This document shows, one piece after another, positions 25,725 to 40,770 of a stretch of DNA of 64,000 bases (the first letter of the stretch is position 1; each line of letters opens with the position of its first letter). Below the pieces are notes generated by a model. The model was not told the origin of the DNA. It ran no database searches and saw only the letters and a list, made by a program, of their open reading frames with translations. The stretch comes from Eledone cirrhosa (lineage: Eukaryota), in the NCBI GenBank assembly GCA_964016885.1, contig OZ024742.1, positions 161,014,001-161,078,000 of the forward strand, written 5' to 3'. Position numbers and translations under genes: made by a program.

Positions 25725-25918
25725 ATAATAATAATTGTTTCTACTTTAGGCACAAGGCCAGCAATTACCAAGTGCATTATTGGTACTTTATTTTATCGAC
25801 CTCGTAGGTGGAAAGGCAAAGTCAACCTCGGCGGGATTTGAACTCAGATCGTAAAGGGACGTAACTATGCTGGAAAGCATGGCATCTGACCCTCTACCGA
25901 TACTGCCAATCCACCGCC
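25725..25918 (-). mobile_element. MetaSINE-type SINE between (ATT)n and the 5' end of Tx1 copy C
   Basis: Full head, core and tail. Its ATT tail runs directly into Tx1 copy C. Confidence 0.9.
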
Positions 25919-25959
<41 letters not shown>

Positions 25960-26324
25960 ACTATTAATGATTAGTAATTAATTCAATCGTGCAATGCCTG
26001 TGCGTGACGAATATTTTTAAAGTGAGGAAAGACTGTGCACTGAGCCAATCGCACTCTCTGAGCTAGTAGCTATAACCCGAAAAGAAGAAAAGATCAACAT
26101 CATTGGTAATTACTGAGGCGCAGGTTTTATGTCGGAGTTAACCAAGTTTCCTGAGATGCCTTCTCCTAGAAAAATGCTCTGACAAGGGCTAGGGGTTCTT
26201 CACTCCCAGTGGTTTAACTGCGCGATCGGGCATCCAGCCCGATTATTTCTATGTCCCCGCGCGCGCGCAAAAAAAAAATCTCACTTATTGAAACATATAC
26301 GTACGACATTCACACACGCGCGCG

Positions 26325-26980
<656 letters not shown>

Positions 26981-27609
26981 AAATATTAAAAAAATAATGA
27001 ATAAAACAATGAAACAGTTCCTTATATTAAACAAAAAAAGTTCATTATTTAACGAACGTTTCTGGGATATATATGTGTTAGAATTGGCATGTATATTTAA
27101 CAGATCTATGTACAAAATTATACAAAATTATACAAACTATCAAAATCAAATATACATACCAACTCATATATATGCCGTCTTCAGAAATAATCTTATTTCT
27201 GAAGACGGTGACTTTAGTCTAGATAGGGTAATGACATGTGTAAATGTAAATGTGATGGTGGGGAGAGAGTGTAGACGTTATTGTGGTAGTGGAGGGCAGT
27301 GAGATGTATCTAGTTCATTTGTCCGTTTTCTTTTTGCAAAATTTGAATTTTAGCCATGTTATATTGAGATGTAAGTAAATGTAAAATATAAATAAGGATT
27401 GCTCTGGTAAAATATACGAAAATATTTTTGTAACTTCCACAAACTTCTGTCGTGACATTCCCGAGTCCAGTGACCAAAAAATTGTTGTATTTTGATGTTT
27501 CAGAATACAAAAACTAATTAAAAATTTACTCCACGAAAAGACAGCGTGTGTTGTCCTATCTATAAGCTCCCTTAACATACATACATATGTACATACATAC
27601 ATATATCCT

Positions 27610-28445
27610 ATTCAATGTTCAAACAAGATGAAAAAATTGACCAATTTACAGAAAAAGTATCCCATAGAGGGGATAAACCACTCAAAAAGCCTGGCATGGA
27701 GTTCCGACAAGTTTATGACATCATACCTTGAGGGATATCTCTATGCAATACAGGAACAAGAACTCCCTACCAAATATCTGCTGCACAAAAGGGGAGGGCC
27801 AGCAGCTGACAATAAATGTAGGCTATGTAAAACAAAGATCGAGGATGTAAGCCACATTGTTGCCAGCTGCGAAAGAATGTCATCTCGCTACTACCTCTCC
27901 ATGTGACACGATGGGATAGTTAGAACCATCTGGAACGCACTTCGGAAAACAAAATTAACAACAAACGAGGAAGAATATATTGAGACAGATGGCACTAAGG
28001 AATAATGGTGGAACCTGAAAATAAAAACTGCCACCAAATTAAAGCACAACCCACCTGATATTGTTGTTTGGGACCACACATTGAAAACATGTTCTGTTGT
28101 GGAGATCAGCTGCCCACTTGATGTAAACGTTGTCAGAAAAATACAGGAGAAGAACATCTACGGACCATTGACGAGTAGTTTACAAATCCAGTATCCAAGA
28201 TACACCTTTAGCTTCATACCCATAATTATTGGAGCTAAGACCAAATTATGACTGAACTTGGATTTGCGGACAAAGAGCGCAGCTCCCTAATTCATAGTCT
28301 ACAAATGGCTGCAATAGCTGGCACCTTCAAAATTTGCAAAACATTCTTGCGATTCAAGGGATGACAATTTCTTTTCTTTTACAACCTTGCCACCAGGAAA
28401 GTGGCCGGTCAAAAAAATATACTCGAAATTAAGAGAAAGAGATAA
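27610..28445 (+). mobile_element. 5'-truncated R4/Dong-like RLE non-LTR retrotransposon (zinc knuckle plus restriction-like endonuclease), pseudogenised
   Basis: EGYLYAIQEQEL, CRLCKTKIEDVSHIVASC, (R)HD, KHNPPDIVVWD, VEISCP; flanked by (TACA)-type repeats. Confidence 0.85.
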
Positions 28446-28879
28446 CATACATAGCTCGCATGTCTATATAGTATTTTAATGCCATCGACAACATTTTAGA
28501 ACTTGGTGGTGTGTCACATCAAAGAAATATTTTTACCGCAGATTGCAAAATTTCTGATAGCATCTCCAATAGTCGTGAAATCATTCTTCTTGGGTGTCAC
28601 TTAGGTAAAAATGGAAATGCTATTTCATTAGTGCCGATTTTGAGGAAAACAAATTGAACTAAAAGAAGGATGTCTTAAATTGTGATATATTGTATAATGT
28701 TTGTAATGAAAAATTTATATAACGTAAGTAATGAGGAGCAGAGAGCGGCAGACGCAACACCCGAGTCTAGGCATTATATCTCAGCTGGGCTCCGCGGGGA
28801 AAATGGCCTCTGAGGGCAACCAACAATACCTGCTACATCAGCCACTCCATTTTACGGGTCTTCTTCCTCTGACGGGATA

Positions 28880-29120
28880 TACTTTTCCCAATTTTGCGGA
28901 GGAAAACTGCAATTTGGGGATACCGAGGATACCGGCAAGCACCCAGATGGCTTAACCCTTTTCCCGTTGGAGGTGGGTAAATCTCTAATATTGGAAGTCA
29001 CGTACTATCACACCCTTTGAGCCTCCAACTTTGTTGCTTTGACCAAAAACCCGAGCACTACTGCCCCTAATATCACTTCTTTTTTGTGCTGTCGCCATAG
29101 AGAACTCTGGTGACCTCCGA
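28880..29120 (+). mobile_element. Remnant of a CRE-like RLE retrotransposon endonuclease; second partial copy at ~30412-30546
   Basis: Translates to KHPDGLTLFPLEVGKSLILEVT (PDG..P..GK.L.WD motif). About 110 bp is duplicated at 30412-30546 (AEDRKLSKY). Confidence 0.6.
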
Positions 29121-29195
29121 CCCCGAATTGATATTATTTCTTTTCTGTTTTATTATTTTCTTTTTACGTGTTTATTTATGTTTTATATCTTTATG

Positions 29196-29355
29196 GAGGC
29201 GGCGGAGTGGCATAGTGGTTAGGGCTTTAGATAAAATGCTTTGTGGTATTCGTTCTGGCTCTTTGCCCTTTGAGTTTAAATTCTGTCGAGGTCAACAATA
29301 CCTTTCATCCTTACGAGGTCGATAAAATAAAATCAGTCTAGTACTGGGATCGATT
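29196..29355 (+). mobile_element. Diverged MetaSINE-type SINE
   Basis: GGCGGCGGAGTGGCATAGTGG head; CCTTTCATCCTTACGAGGTCGATAAAATAAA. Confidence 0.75.
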
Positions 29356-29383
29356 CTTCCTTTATATCTCTTTCTTACTTCCC

Positions 29384-29437
<54 letters not shown>

Positions 29438-29637
29438 AAAAAAAGGAAAATAATGACTTCACTTGTAGTTCTAAACAATTTAATTTTATTTTATATTATT
29501 ATAATCTTACAATTTGGTTTCGTAGATCTAGTAAGTTCTTTGTTAACTTCGGTGGGGATAAGGAATATATATATATATATAAACACGAGAAGATCGATTC
29601 TTCCTGTATATCTTTTTCTTATTTCCTCTCTATGGTG

Positions 29638-29707
<70 letters not shown>

Positions 29708-30293
29708 CTACTATTTCACTTTCCCTCTTTACCTTCTTCCTTGGAAGAAATCAGCTATGTTCAGACCGGTAGAGAGGATGAGCTTCGCCAGGTTTAAAAT
29801 GCCCACGACATGCTCTATATCACTACGGTGTCCGACAACTCAACCGAGAATTAAGAGCCCATACACATATATATGTATGTGTCCAAAATCATCTGGCATG
29901 GAACGAAGAATCCAGATGCTCGAGCAAAGGTTATTCAGAAAGCTACAACGCATCACATACACAGAACACAAGACAAACAGCTTGGTCAGACAGCAAGTTA
30001 ACAAATATGATGCAACATTGAAGAGATAATAGCTCGGCCTGTACTGATATGTATCCCTCCACTGTTCCTTGTCTGTCGCAGACCATTATCCAGAACACAG
30101 TAAAAGTACAACCAACAAGAATCAGACAAAGATAACATCAGTATCTGAACAGGTCTTAACACTGTAAGCCTTCTATGCATGATGGAGGACAAAGACCAAC
30201 GGTGAATGCTAATTGCCAAAACGTCTCGAGTGGGACACCAATGGTTGGTGACACCATTTATTGGAAGACGATGTTGTTAGCGTTAAATGCGTT

Positions 30294-30610
30294 TCTTGGC
30301 AGTACCGGTAGAGCGTCAGACACCATGCTTTACAGCATAGAGTTATGCCCCTTTGCGTTCTGAGTTCAAATCCCATCGAGGTTTATTTGCCTTTTATCCT
30401 GGGGGACACCATACTATCACACCTTTTGAACCTCCAGCTTTATCGCTTTGACCAAAAACCCGAGCACTACTGCCCCTAACGCAGAGGATCGGAAGTTATC
30501 CAAATATCGCTTCTTTTTTGTGCTGTCGCCATAGAGACCTCTGGTAAAATAAAGCACAAGTAATGCACTGGGTAATTCCTGGCCTTGTGCCAAAAGTAGA
30601 AACAATTATT
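30294..30610 (+). mobile_element. MetaSINE-type SINE split by the CRE-like fragment
   Basis: Head and core at 30294-30403; core remainder and tail GGCCTTGTGCCAAAAGTAGAAACAATTATT at 30546-30610. Confidence 0.75.
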
Positions 30611-31292
30611 TCCAATTTAAAGCGAAATAGGGCATTGTCTTAAATATCATTAAGATATGTCTTAAATTGCGATAATGTGTGCATGTTGTTTCCATTTTAT
30701 TCACTTTATTTTGATTTTGTTTTTTACGAATATATTTATATCTTGTGCCAGCGCAGGTCTTCGTAGTTAGAGTAGTCAGATCACGATCATATGCTTGTTA
30801 GTTCAGTTCCTGATGACATCTTGTTAGTACATGCATTAATATTACACTCAACAGAACTAAAGTCATATACGCACATACTGATATACAAGCATTGAGCCAT
30901 TATATATTTCTGTGTAGATGTATGTGTGTAGCAAAGGCGCATATTTTAATTGTTAGGGGTTTCAGCTCGCATTTGTAATACTTTTCTGGCAGCGCGTTCT
31001 GTACTTAAGCAAATCACTATATTTCACGTTGATCCATTGCACAAAACGTGAGATGTACGTGTACTCCAAAGCCTCAGCATTGTCACACACATAGTGTATC
31101 ACACACACATTCATACGGACACACATTCACAATGTGTGTGTGCATAAGTGAATTTGTGTGCACATATGTGCATATGTGTAAAAATAAAATACGTAATAGA
31201 GCTCTCGCCTTTTTAACGTGAGCTCAGCCATCGGGCACTAAACTTTCAAAGTACCAGTAATGCACTGGCCTTGTGCCAAAAGTAGAAACAAT

Positions 31293-31331
<39 letters not shown>

Positions 31332-31353
31332 ATGTATGTAAAAGGTAAACAGA

Positions 31354-31384
<31 letters not shown>

Positions 31385-31465
31385 ACAAAGGAATTGTGGT
31401 AAGGAACCAGGTGGACCATAACGCACCAGAGTACTCAATACTTAGGGTAGTAGAGTGGGAAATAG

Positions 31466-31580
31466 GAAAAAAGTATGACCTCGACGGCAAAGCTCAAGCT
31501 GTTTCGACGGCTATTTCTGGACTCAATAGTCCAGAAATAGCCGTCGAAACGGCTTGAGCTCTGCCGTCTGGGTCATACTT

Positions 31581-31586
<6 letters not shown>
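31466..31586. repeat. Fold-back palindrome in (TA)n; a single arm recurs at ~34841-34898
   Basis: AGTATGACC..TTTCGACGGCTATTTCTGGAC / GTCCAGAAATAGCCGTCGAAA..GGTCATACT. Confidence 0.85.
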
Positions 31587-31612
<26 letters not shown>

Positions 31613-31616
<4 letters not shown>

Positions 31617-32356
31617 GAGCGGAGCAAGCAATTATCAAACAATCTTTTAAATAAATTAAAAAACGATTTAAATATTCACCTGTTCTATTGCCGTTACCGA
31701 CGGTTTCACTAATCAAAAGATTGGAAATCCAGAGAATTTCCAATGGAAAGAATTAGATCTTCAGACAGCTATTTCAATACTATAAGGGTACAAAACCTCA
31801 CAGTAAGTCAATATTTCGCTTACTGCCCGACGCATGCGGTTAAACCGTTGAAATGACGCACACGCAAAAATAGACCACAAGTAAAAGCGGGTTATTATAA
31901 ACTTGTTGATCATGCCGCTAAAAATAGCAGCGCGATACAACGTTTTGTTCTCTACATAAGGAGAAAAATTATAAAAGGGTATGGATATTCCAACAGGCAC
32001 TAGGTACCTACAGAAATATGCATGGTGTTTATAATAATTGTGGTTGGCCGCATGCGTAGGGCAGTAAGCGAAATATTGACTTACTGTGAGGTTTTGTACC
32101 CTTATAGTATGGAAATAGCTGTCTGAAGATCTAATTCTTTCCATTGGAAATTCTCTGGATTTCCAATCTTTTGATTAGTGAAACCGTCGGTAACGGCAAT
32201 AGAACAGGTGAATATTTAAATCGTTTTTTAATTTATTTAAAAGATTGTTTGATAATTGCTTGCTCCGCTCATTTTTATAGTTCTGGTATCTCAAATTAGT
32301 ACCATCGAACTACAACTATTATAAACACCATGCATATTTCTGTAGGTACCTAGTGC

Positions 32357-32358
<2 letters not shown>
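31613..32358. mobile_element. Large fold-back element with a hammerhead in each arm
   Basis: Arms 31613-31837 and 32049-32273; second inverted pair 31995-32040 and 32312-32358; (TA)n flanks. Confidence 0.88.
32118..32197 (+). ncRNA. Type I hammerhead (identical minus-strand copy at 31690-31769)
   Basis: GCTGT-CTGAAGA-t-CTAATT..ATTGGAAAT/ATTTCCAAT..GATTAG-t-GAAA-CCgtcGG-TA-ACGGC. Confidence 0.85.
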
Positions 32359-32429
<71 letters not shown>

Positions 32430-32872
32430 AGAGAGAGATGTATATATATATCAGTATGTATACGTGCATACATATATGTATACAGACGCACAGTAGTATG
32501 TATATATATACATACATGCACACATATATATATGTACGTATGTCAGTGTTGAACAAAAGGGCAACAGTGGTTGCCGAACACTCTACAGCTTAATTCGCGC
32601 TGTTTGTTTACAAACAAACCGAACATTATAATAAATGTTCGATAAACCCATACGTATATATATATATGTGCGCATGTATCTATATATATATACATACTAC
32701 TGTACGTCTGTATACATATATGTATGTACGTGTACATACTTATATTTAAGTAACAGCCGTACTAAGAGTGAGAAATGAAATTTACTTTTTTCCATGTATA
32801 TATATCTGTATATATATATACACACACATATATATATACATATATATATATACACACACATATATATATACG

Positions 32873-32945
<73 letters not shown>

Positions 32946-33096
32946 GTCCGTGTGTGTGTGCGTGAGAGAACATCCGGTTGATATGGAAATCTTTGGAAAA
33001 CGTTGAGGAAAGTATACATTAGATGGGGAAATGGTCAGATATACTTTACCCAATTTTCTCACCTATCATTTATAGAGATATATTACATTTCAGATT

Positions 33097-33141
<45 letters not shown>

Positions 33142-33482
33142 GGGGAGGGGGTATACAATGTATTCAATCTTTTTGCTTTTCTTTAACCAAATATGTATGA
33201 ATATTTGACCAATTTGATTAAAGAATTTATTTTAAAAATAATTAAGTTGCAACAATGATTTTAACGTTCTTCTCTTAATTCTATATTTTATTTTGTATAA
33301 CTATATTTGTTTTTCCATTGAAAATGATTCGAAATATAGGTGTGTGCGTGTGTGTATAGACATACACACATACATACACGCACACATACACACATCCACA
33401 CATACACACAGGCAGACGCGCAAACACATATACACACACACACAAACACACGCACAGACGCACGCACGCATACACACACACA

Positions 33483-33554
<72 letters not shown>

Positions 33555-33686
33555 ATTATATATATAATTAAAGCAACAGAAGGCCGGACAGGAATTATCC
33601 CTTTAAAGTTTTAATGTTACAAATACTATATATATTTCAATGGCCTTGTGAACCACCCAATATATATATATATATATATATTTATA

Positions 33687-34089
33687 ACGATATTAAATAA
33701 ATGGAAACTATATTTATAAAACCATATTTATTTCATTATATATATTTCAGGGATATCATATTAACAATATGCTATCCCTTCCTCAGACAAAATACAATAT
33801 AGACAGTTTTATAGATAAATAGATTTGACATGCCGTTCAACATCGACTTGTATTTGAAAAGTTGATTTGGCAAAAGTTGTATTTGGCAAAAGTTGTATTT
33901 TGTCTGAGGAAGGCATAGCATATTGTTAATATGATATCCCTGAAATATATATAATGAAATAAATATGGTTTTATAAATATAGTTTCCATTTATTTAATAT
34001 CGTAAATATACTCCAAATACTTGTCGAGTGCTTTTATATCAGTTATAAATATTTACTAGTTGTAACCCAACAATTTAAATATAACTTTC
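33687..34089. mobile_element. Fold-back hammerhead element, family A
   Basis: Arms 33687-33798 and 33893-34003; long tail to 34089; hammerheads at 33729-33794 (-) and 33896-33961 (+). Confidence 0.87.
33729..33794 (-). ncRNA. Type I hammerhead (near-identical plus copy at 33896-33961)
   Basis: TATTTTGT-CTGAGGA-AGGGATAgCATATT-gtt-AATATGaTATCCCT-GAAA-TATATA-TA-ATGAAATA. Confidence 0.85.
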
Positions 34090-34101
34090 CATATATATAT
34101 T

Positions 34102-34288
<187 letters not shown>

Positions 34289-34370
34289 CGGCGATGAATT
34301 AGTTTTGCGAGGTTTTTTATATTAATTCTGGCAAATATTACGCAAATATGACCCTCCCCAAGTATAACAA

Positions 34371-34420
<50 letters not shown>

Positions 34421-34424
34421 CAGA

Positions 34425-34675
34425 GCATTTGTAGTTTTTCCAAATTGAAGGAGTATTTTAAACTTTATTTTATTCTGAGTTAAGGCTCTATTGATTTTTC
34501 CCTGGATTTCACTAAATTCTGTGGATGAATCGATATCCTGATTCTTTTTGAATTGAGTTTGAATTATTTTCCCACATCTTACGTTAACTATTTTTCCATT
34601 TTGACGCTATAGTCACTTATATATTATGAAATACTGTTGGCTTCTTGCTACAATAATTTCTATACTTTTCATTTA
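34425..34675 (+). repeat. Dispersed repeat sharing its right-hand end with 58210-58355 and 14258-14310, each between (TA)n
   Basis: TATTATGAAATACTGTTGGCTTCTTGCT..TTTCTATA..TTCATTTATATA in three places with variable left ends. Confidence 0.8.
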
Positions 34676-34713
34676 TATATACATATATATATATATATAT
34701 ATACATATATATA

Positions 34714-34841
<128 letters not shown>

Positions 34842-34895
34842 TCCAGAAATAGCCGTCGAAACGGCTTGAGCTCTGCCGTCGGGGTCATACTCTTT

Positions 34896-34932
<37 letters not shown>

Positions 34933-35784
34933 ATGCATACTTATATGCAAATATGCATTATATATAGCTAGAGAATAAGCTAACGTGAAGTTTACGTTAC
35001 AAACGCTGCAAAACACAAAGAAAATTAAGAAATCGAGGAACAAAAAATCTTTTACATACACCTATGTTTTTGTAAATATATATTTTTTTTTAGAATATAA
35101 CAGAAATTTGAAAAATAAGCTAACCACAGCATATAATATATAATTTTTTTTTAAATAAAATAATAAAAAAATATATTTCGATAACGAAAGTTAAGACAGA
35201 CAAACAAAACGCAATAACAAATTTGGAAGCAGCACAAAAGATTATTACCTGCATTTTTTGTTTGTTTGTTTGTTTTCTGTCTATTAAATATAAAGGGAGA
35301 TAAGTAAGTATTTGTTCATCCCAACAGTCCAGAAAGATATTTGTTGTTAAACAAGAAAGCGTGGTGAAATAATACTAGTATTATTTTGTAGCTGCTGCTA
35401 CTGTTGATTTTGCTGTTGATAATGCTACTATTGTAAAATTTTGTCTGTATTTGGGAGAGTTGTTTTATTTTGTTGTTGTTGTTTTTCGTTTTGTTTTGTT
35501 GTTGTTTTTCGTTTTGTTTTTTGTTTGGTAACATGTGATAAGACATAAAATCATAATAACAATACAAAAAAAAAAATATCTAATATATAGCACCTTAACT
35601 TTAGTTCTCAGGCTGAATTGGAGTAATACTCTGTGTGATATAACTCACCCTTTGAATTCCAGGTTCCGATTACCATATTACACTTACGATACTGGGGTCA
35701 TCAGAGGCTACAGTAAACGTTGCTTGACCAAGATATTACGATGTGGAATAGAAACATGGACCTCATGATGGAAAAATTATTTTA

Positions 35785-35969
35785 AAAACATTCTGCCATG
35801 CCATTTCTTAAATTTCATTTGTGTGTTTGTATATATATATAACCTTTTGCACTGTTTATTATAATAAATTCATTTTGTTTTAACTACTCCACCTATATAT
35901 ATATTTACATATATATATATATATTTACATATTTATATATATATACATATTTACATATATATACATATT

Positions 35970-36002
<33 letters not shown>

Positions 36003-36015
36003 ATATATATATATA

Positions 36016-36103
<88 letters not shown>

Positions 36104-36340
36104 GATAATTTGTATATAGATAAGTATGTATATATATAACTATGTATATATATAAGTATGTATTTAAGTAACAGCCGTACTAAGAGTGAGAACCGAAATT
36201 TCGTTTCATTTCTTCCGTTTAATATATATATATTTATTTACATATACATTTGTATATATATATTTATTTACACACACACATATATATATATATATATATT
36301 TACACACACACACACATATATATATATATATGTATGTATG

Positions 36341-36421
<81 letters not shown>

Positions 36422-36608
36422 CTGCCATGCCATTTTTTAAGTTTCGTTTGTGTGTTTGTATATATATATATATATATATAACCTTTTGTACTGTTTATTA
36501 TAATAAATTCATTTTGTTTTAACTACTCCACTTATATATATATTTACATATATATATATATATTTACATATATATATATATTTACATATTTATATATATA
36601 TACATATT

Positions 36609-36694
<86 letters not shown>

Positions 36695-36906
36695 CATATA
36701 TATATATATTTACATATTTATATATATACATATTTACATATATATATATTTACATATATATGAATATATATATAAGTATGTATATATATAACTATGTATA
36801 TATATAACTATGTATATATATAAGTCTGTATTTAAGTAACAGCCGTACTAAGAGTGAGAAATGAAATTTCGTTTCATTTTTCCGTTTAATATATATATAT
36901 TTATTT

Positions 36907-36985
<79 letters not shown>

Positions 36986-36988
36986 GAT

Positions 36989-37020
<32 letters not shown>
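35785..37020. repeat. Local tandem duplication of about 630-660 bp
   Basis: AAAACATTCTGCCATGCC at 35785 and 36415; TATTTAAGTAACAGCCGTACTAAGAGTGAGAA at ~36160, ~36829 and ~32743. Confidence 0.85.
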
Positions 37021-37027
<7 letters not shown>

Positions 37028-37104
37028 ATCCGGGAGCTTCCAACAGTAATGTTTGCATTTTTTAAGGGTATGTCAATATTTATTTATAAAACTGATCTAT
37101 ATTA

Positions 37105-37169
37105 TATTTTGTCTGATGAAAGCACACCATAATTTAACTTGGTGTCCTTGAAATATGTATAATGAAATA
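37105..37169 (+). ncRNA. Type I hammerhead, family A (single-arm element 37031-37210)
   Basis: TATTTTGT-CTGATGA-AAG.ACACCA..TGGTGT.CTT-GAAA-TATGTA-TA-ATGAAATA. Confidence 0.82.
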
Positions 37170-37241
37170 AATATGGTTTTATAAATATAGTTTCCATTTG
37201 TTAATATCGTATATATATATATATATATATTTATTTATTTA

Positions 37242-37457
37242 TTTATTAAAATAACAGATTAAAGTTTAAGCAATGAGTTGCTGCTTTCACACTTAACGGG
37301 ATCTTCTGAAGATTCCGTAAGCGTGAAAGCAGCGATTCTTTGCTTAAACTTTAATCTGTTATTTTAATAAATTTTTGCTCTACGGGTCTTATATATTTGA
37401 TATATATTTATCCTTATCGAGCCCTCTTTGGGTATGTCTTCAAATTTATTATTATTA
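37242..37457. repeat. Fold-back (arms ~37242-37305 / 37308-37370) plus tail; possible decayed hammerhead at the axis
   Basis: TTTATTAAAATAACAGATTAAAGTTTAAGCAA is inverted; the axis reads CTGAAGA..GAAAGCAGC. Confidence 0.75.
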
Positions 37458-37652
37458 ATATATATATATAAAGAGATATTTATTTAATGATGTCTCATAT
37501 AAAATAATACAACCAGCTATCCACGAGATACTGATTAGTTAGCACCCCAAACACTAAATTTGGATAATACTTAGGTATAACTTAATGTTTGTTGAGTGAG
37601 ATGGAGTTGGTCGGAGTATTGCTTAAGGCTTTCTCTGTTTATGTATTGTATG

Positions 37653-37713
<61 letters not shown>

Positions 37714-37821
37714 ATAATAATAAATTTGAATACTAAAATCCAAAGAGGGCTCGATAAGGATAAATATATATATATATATACATAACGTATACATATATGA
37801 ATATATATAAATATGTATGTG

Positions 37822-37879
<58 letters not shown>

Positions 37880-38009
37880 TATATACATATGTCGATATAC
37901 ATATCTATATATATATATGTGCGCGCGCGTGTGTGTGTAAATATAAACACAAGGTTTTTTACACCGAGAACAAGGTGAGGTGGCGAAAAGAGGGATAAAT
38001 AAACGGGAT

Positions 38010-38082
<73 letters not shown>

Positions 38083-38245
38083 GGTGGTGGTGGTGGTGGT
38101 GGTGGTGGTGGTGTTGGCGGTGGTGGTGGTGGCGGTGGTGGTGGCTGGGATGATGTAGGCATGTTGGTTGCGAAGAAGAAGAAGAAGAAGAAGAAGAAGA
38201 AGAAGAAGAAGAAGAAGAAGAAGAAGAAGAAGAAGAAGAAGAAGA
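38010..38245. repeat. Compound trinucleotide tracts (GTA)n(GTG)n and (GAA)n
   Basis: Direct reading. Confidence 0.95.
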
Positions 38246-38645
38246 AAACTCCTGAGAAGAGCTGAAGAAAGAAGCACAAGACAACAGAAGCAGCATGAGG
38301 TTGTGGGCCTGTAATGGGGGATGTGAGGGTGAGGATGAGGGTATTACTCTTGGTAGGGGTAGGATGGGGGCAGGTTAAGGGTTGATGGGTGTTGGTATGT
38401 AGACACAAATACTTATAGATGACAGAATGAAGAAGCTACAATAAAATCGCACACATACACACATATATATATATATACATATAGATGAATGCATGCATAA
38501 ATACATAATTCATACATACATACACACACATATGGATATATATATATATACATATGTATATTTATGATATATATATATATGTATATACATATGTATATAC
38601 ATATATATATATGTATATATATATATATGTATATATATTTATATA

Positions 38646-38684
<39 letters not shown>

Positions 38685-38731
38685 TATATATATACACATA
38701 TATATATACACATATATATATATATACATTG

Positions 38732-38765
<34 letters not shown>

Positions 38766-39026
38766 CTGTTGTTGTTGACTTACTTCTTTCTATTCATTAC
38801 CTATATGTGTGTGTGTATGTGTGCATGTACGTGCAATATGAGTTATGAAAAAAAGAAGGTAGAATGACAAGCAGCGCTAAGAGATATCGTGTGAGAGCAA
38901 TGCCCCGCCGGCGGCGGAGTTGGTGGTGGTGACGGTGGGTGCGGTGGTGGAGGAAGGGCGATTCGTCGTCATCATCCTCATCGTATAAATGTTGAAAATA
39001 GAAGAGAAAATAGAAAACGAACAGAT

Positions 39027-39150
<124 letters not shown>

Positions 39151-39199
39151 TATATATACATATATATGTATACATATATATATATATACATATATATGT

Positions 39200-39272
<73 letters not shown>

Positions 39273-39459
39273 CATGCATAAGAATGTTAAAATGAAAGAG
39301 TGAGAGGGTACCGTGAGAGGGAGGGCAAGCGTTGTATATGAAGATGAAGCTGTGTCTAGTGAGGTCATCTTTAAAACAATGCAAACACAGACTCACGTTT
39401 ACTTATATTACATATATGCATACATACTGTAACAACGACACATACTTACACACATATTC

Positions 39460-39555
<96 letters not shown>

Positions 39556-39641
39556 GTGAGTTTTATTGTAGTACAATAAAGCAATGCAGATATCGGATAA
39601 GTAGCACTCTACAGTTTGTAGGACTGGAGTATACATAATAT

Positions 39642-39905
39642 ATAAGATCAAAAGATGGTTAAAAGAGTTCCATTTATTTTATTATGCGCATTTCAAAAAC
39701 AAATATCATCATGCGATGACATTTGCGTTTTCGTCAGATAAAATAGGGAGACATGATATGAAGGTTAAAAAACACTTGTTTTTTTAACCTTCATATCATG
39801 TCTCCCTATTTTATCTGACGAAAACGCAAATGTCATCGCATGATGATATTTGTTTTTGAAATGCGCATAATAAAATAAATGGAACTCTTTTAACCATCTT
39901 TTGAT

Positions 39906-39910
<5 letters not shown>
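39642..39910. mobile_element. Near-perfect ~270-bp palindrome with a hammerhead in each arm
   Basis: Axis at ~39776; hammerheads at 39675-39745 (-) and 39807-39877 (+). Confidence 0.9.
39807..39877 (+). ncRNA. Type I hammerhead
   Basis: TATTTTAT-CTGACGA-aaac-GCAAATGTCATC-gcat-GATGATATTTGT-tttt-GAAA-TGCGCA-TA-ATAAAATA. Confidence 0.85.
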
Positions 39911-39939
<29 letters not shown>

Positions 39940-39990
39940 GAATAGACAGATACACACACTTACATACGCATATATGTACATGTGTAAGTA

Positions 39991-40050
<60 letters not shown>

Positions 40051-40587
40051 CTTACTCACACATTTATATATGCGAATGTATGTGTGTTTATCTGTGTATA
40101 ATACATGCGTGTGAACATGTGAATTCCATTTTGCTATGATTATTGTAAGCGATATTATTCGATATTTTTTCTATAGTAATAATACTAATTACAACAATTG
40201 TAATAATGATAGTAGTAATAATTACGAAAGAGCAAGAAAGAAATAAAGGAAGAAATAAAGAAAGAAAGAATAGAAACTCCTCCACAATGTGAGCCGCACA
40301 GTCAGTCAGACAGTTAGACAGTTGTATTGCCAGCCATTTTTCTTTTAAGTAAGTCTGTTGTTGTTGACTTACTTCTTTCTATTCATTACCTACCACCACT
40401 CCCCCTACTCAGCGTTACGATATTAGCTTGCAGAGAAGCCCGATAGCATATAACCCATGGAAATCTAAGACACTCGAATTTCATGTGGTGCTAAAAGTTT
40501 CAGATTTCACTATCGTTGGCACTGCGTATGTTTGGTATTTGAAATTGTAGGAGATGCCAAATGATCTGATACTTTGGATTTGAAGAA

Positions 40588-40676
<89 letters not shown>

Positions 40677-40681
40677 CTACG

Positions 40682-40770
<89 letters not shown>

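Noticed and set aside
37733-38990. Host exon with poly-Ser/His/Tyr or Gly-rich tracts
   Set aside because: Explained by trinucleotide repeats; no convincing splice sites or domain.
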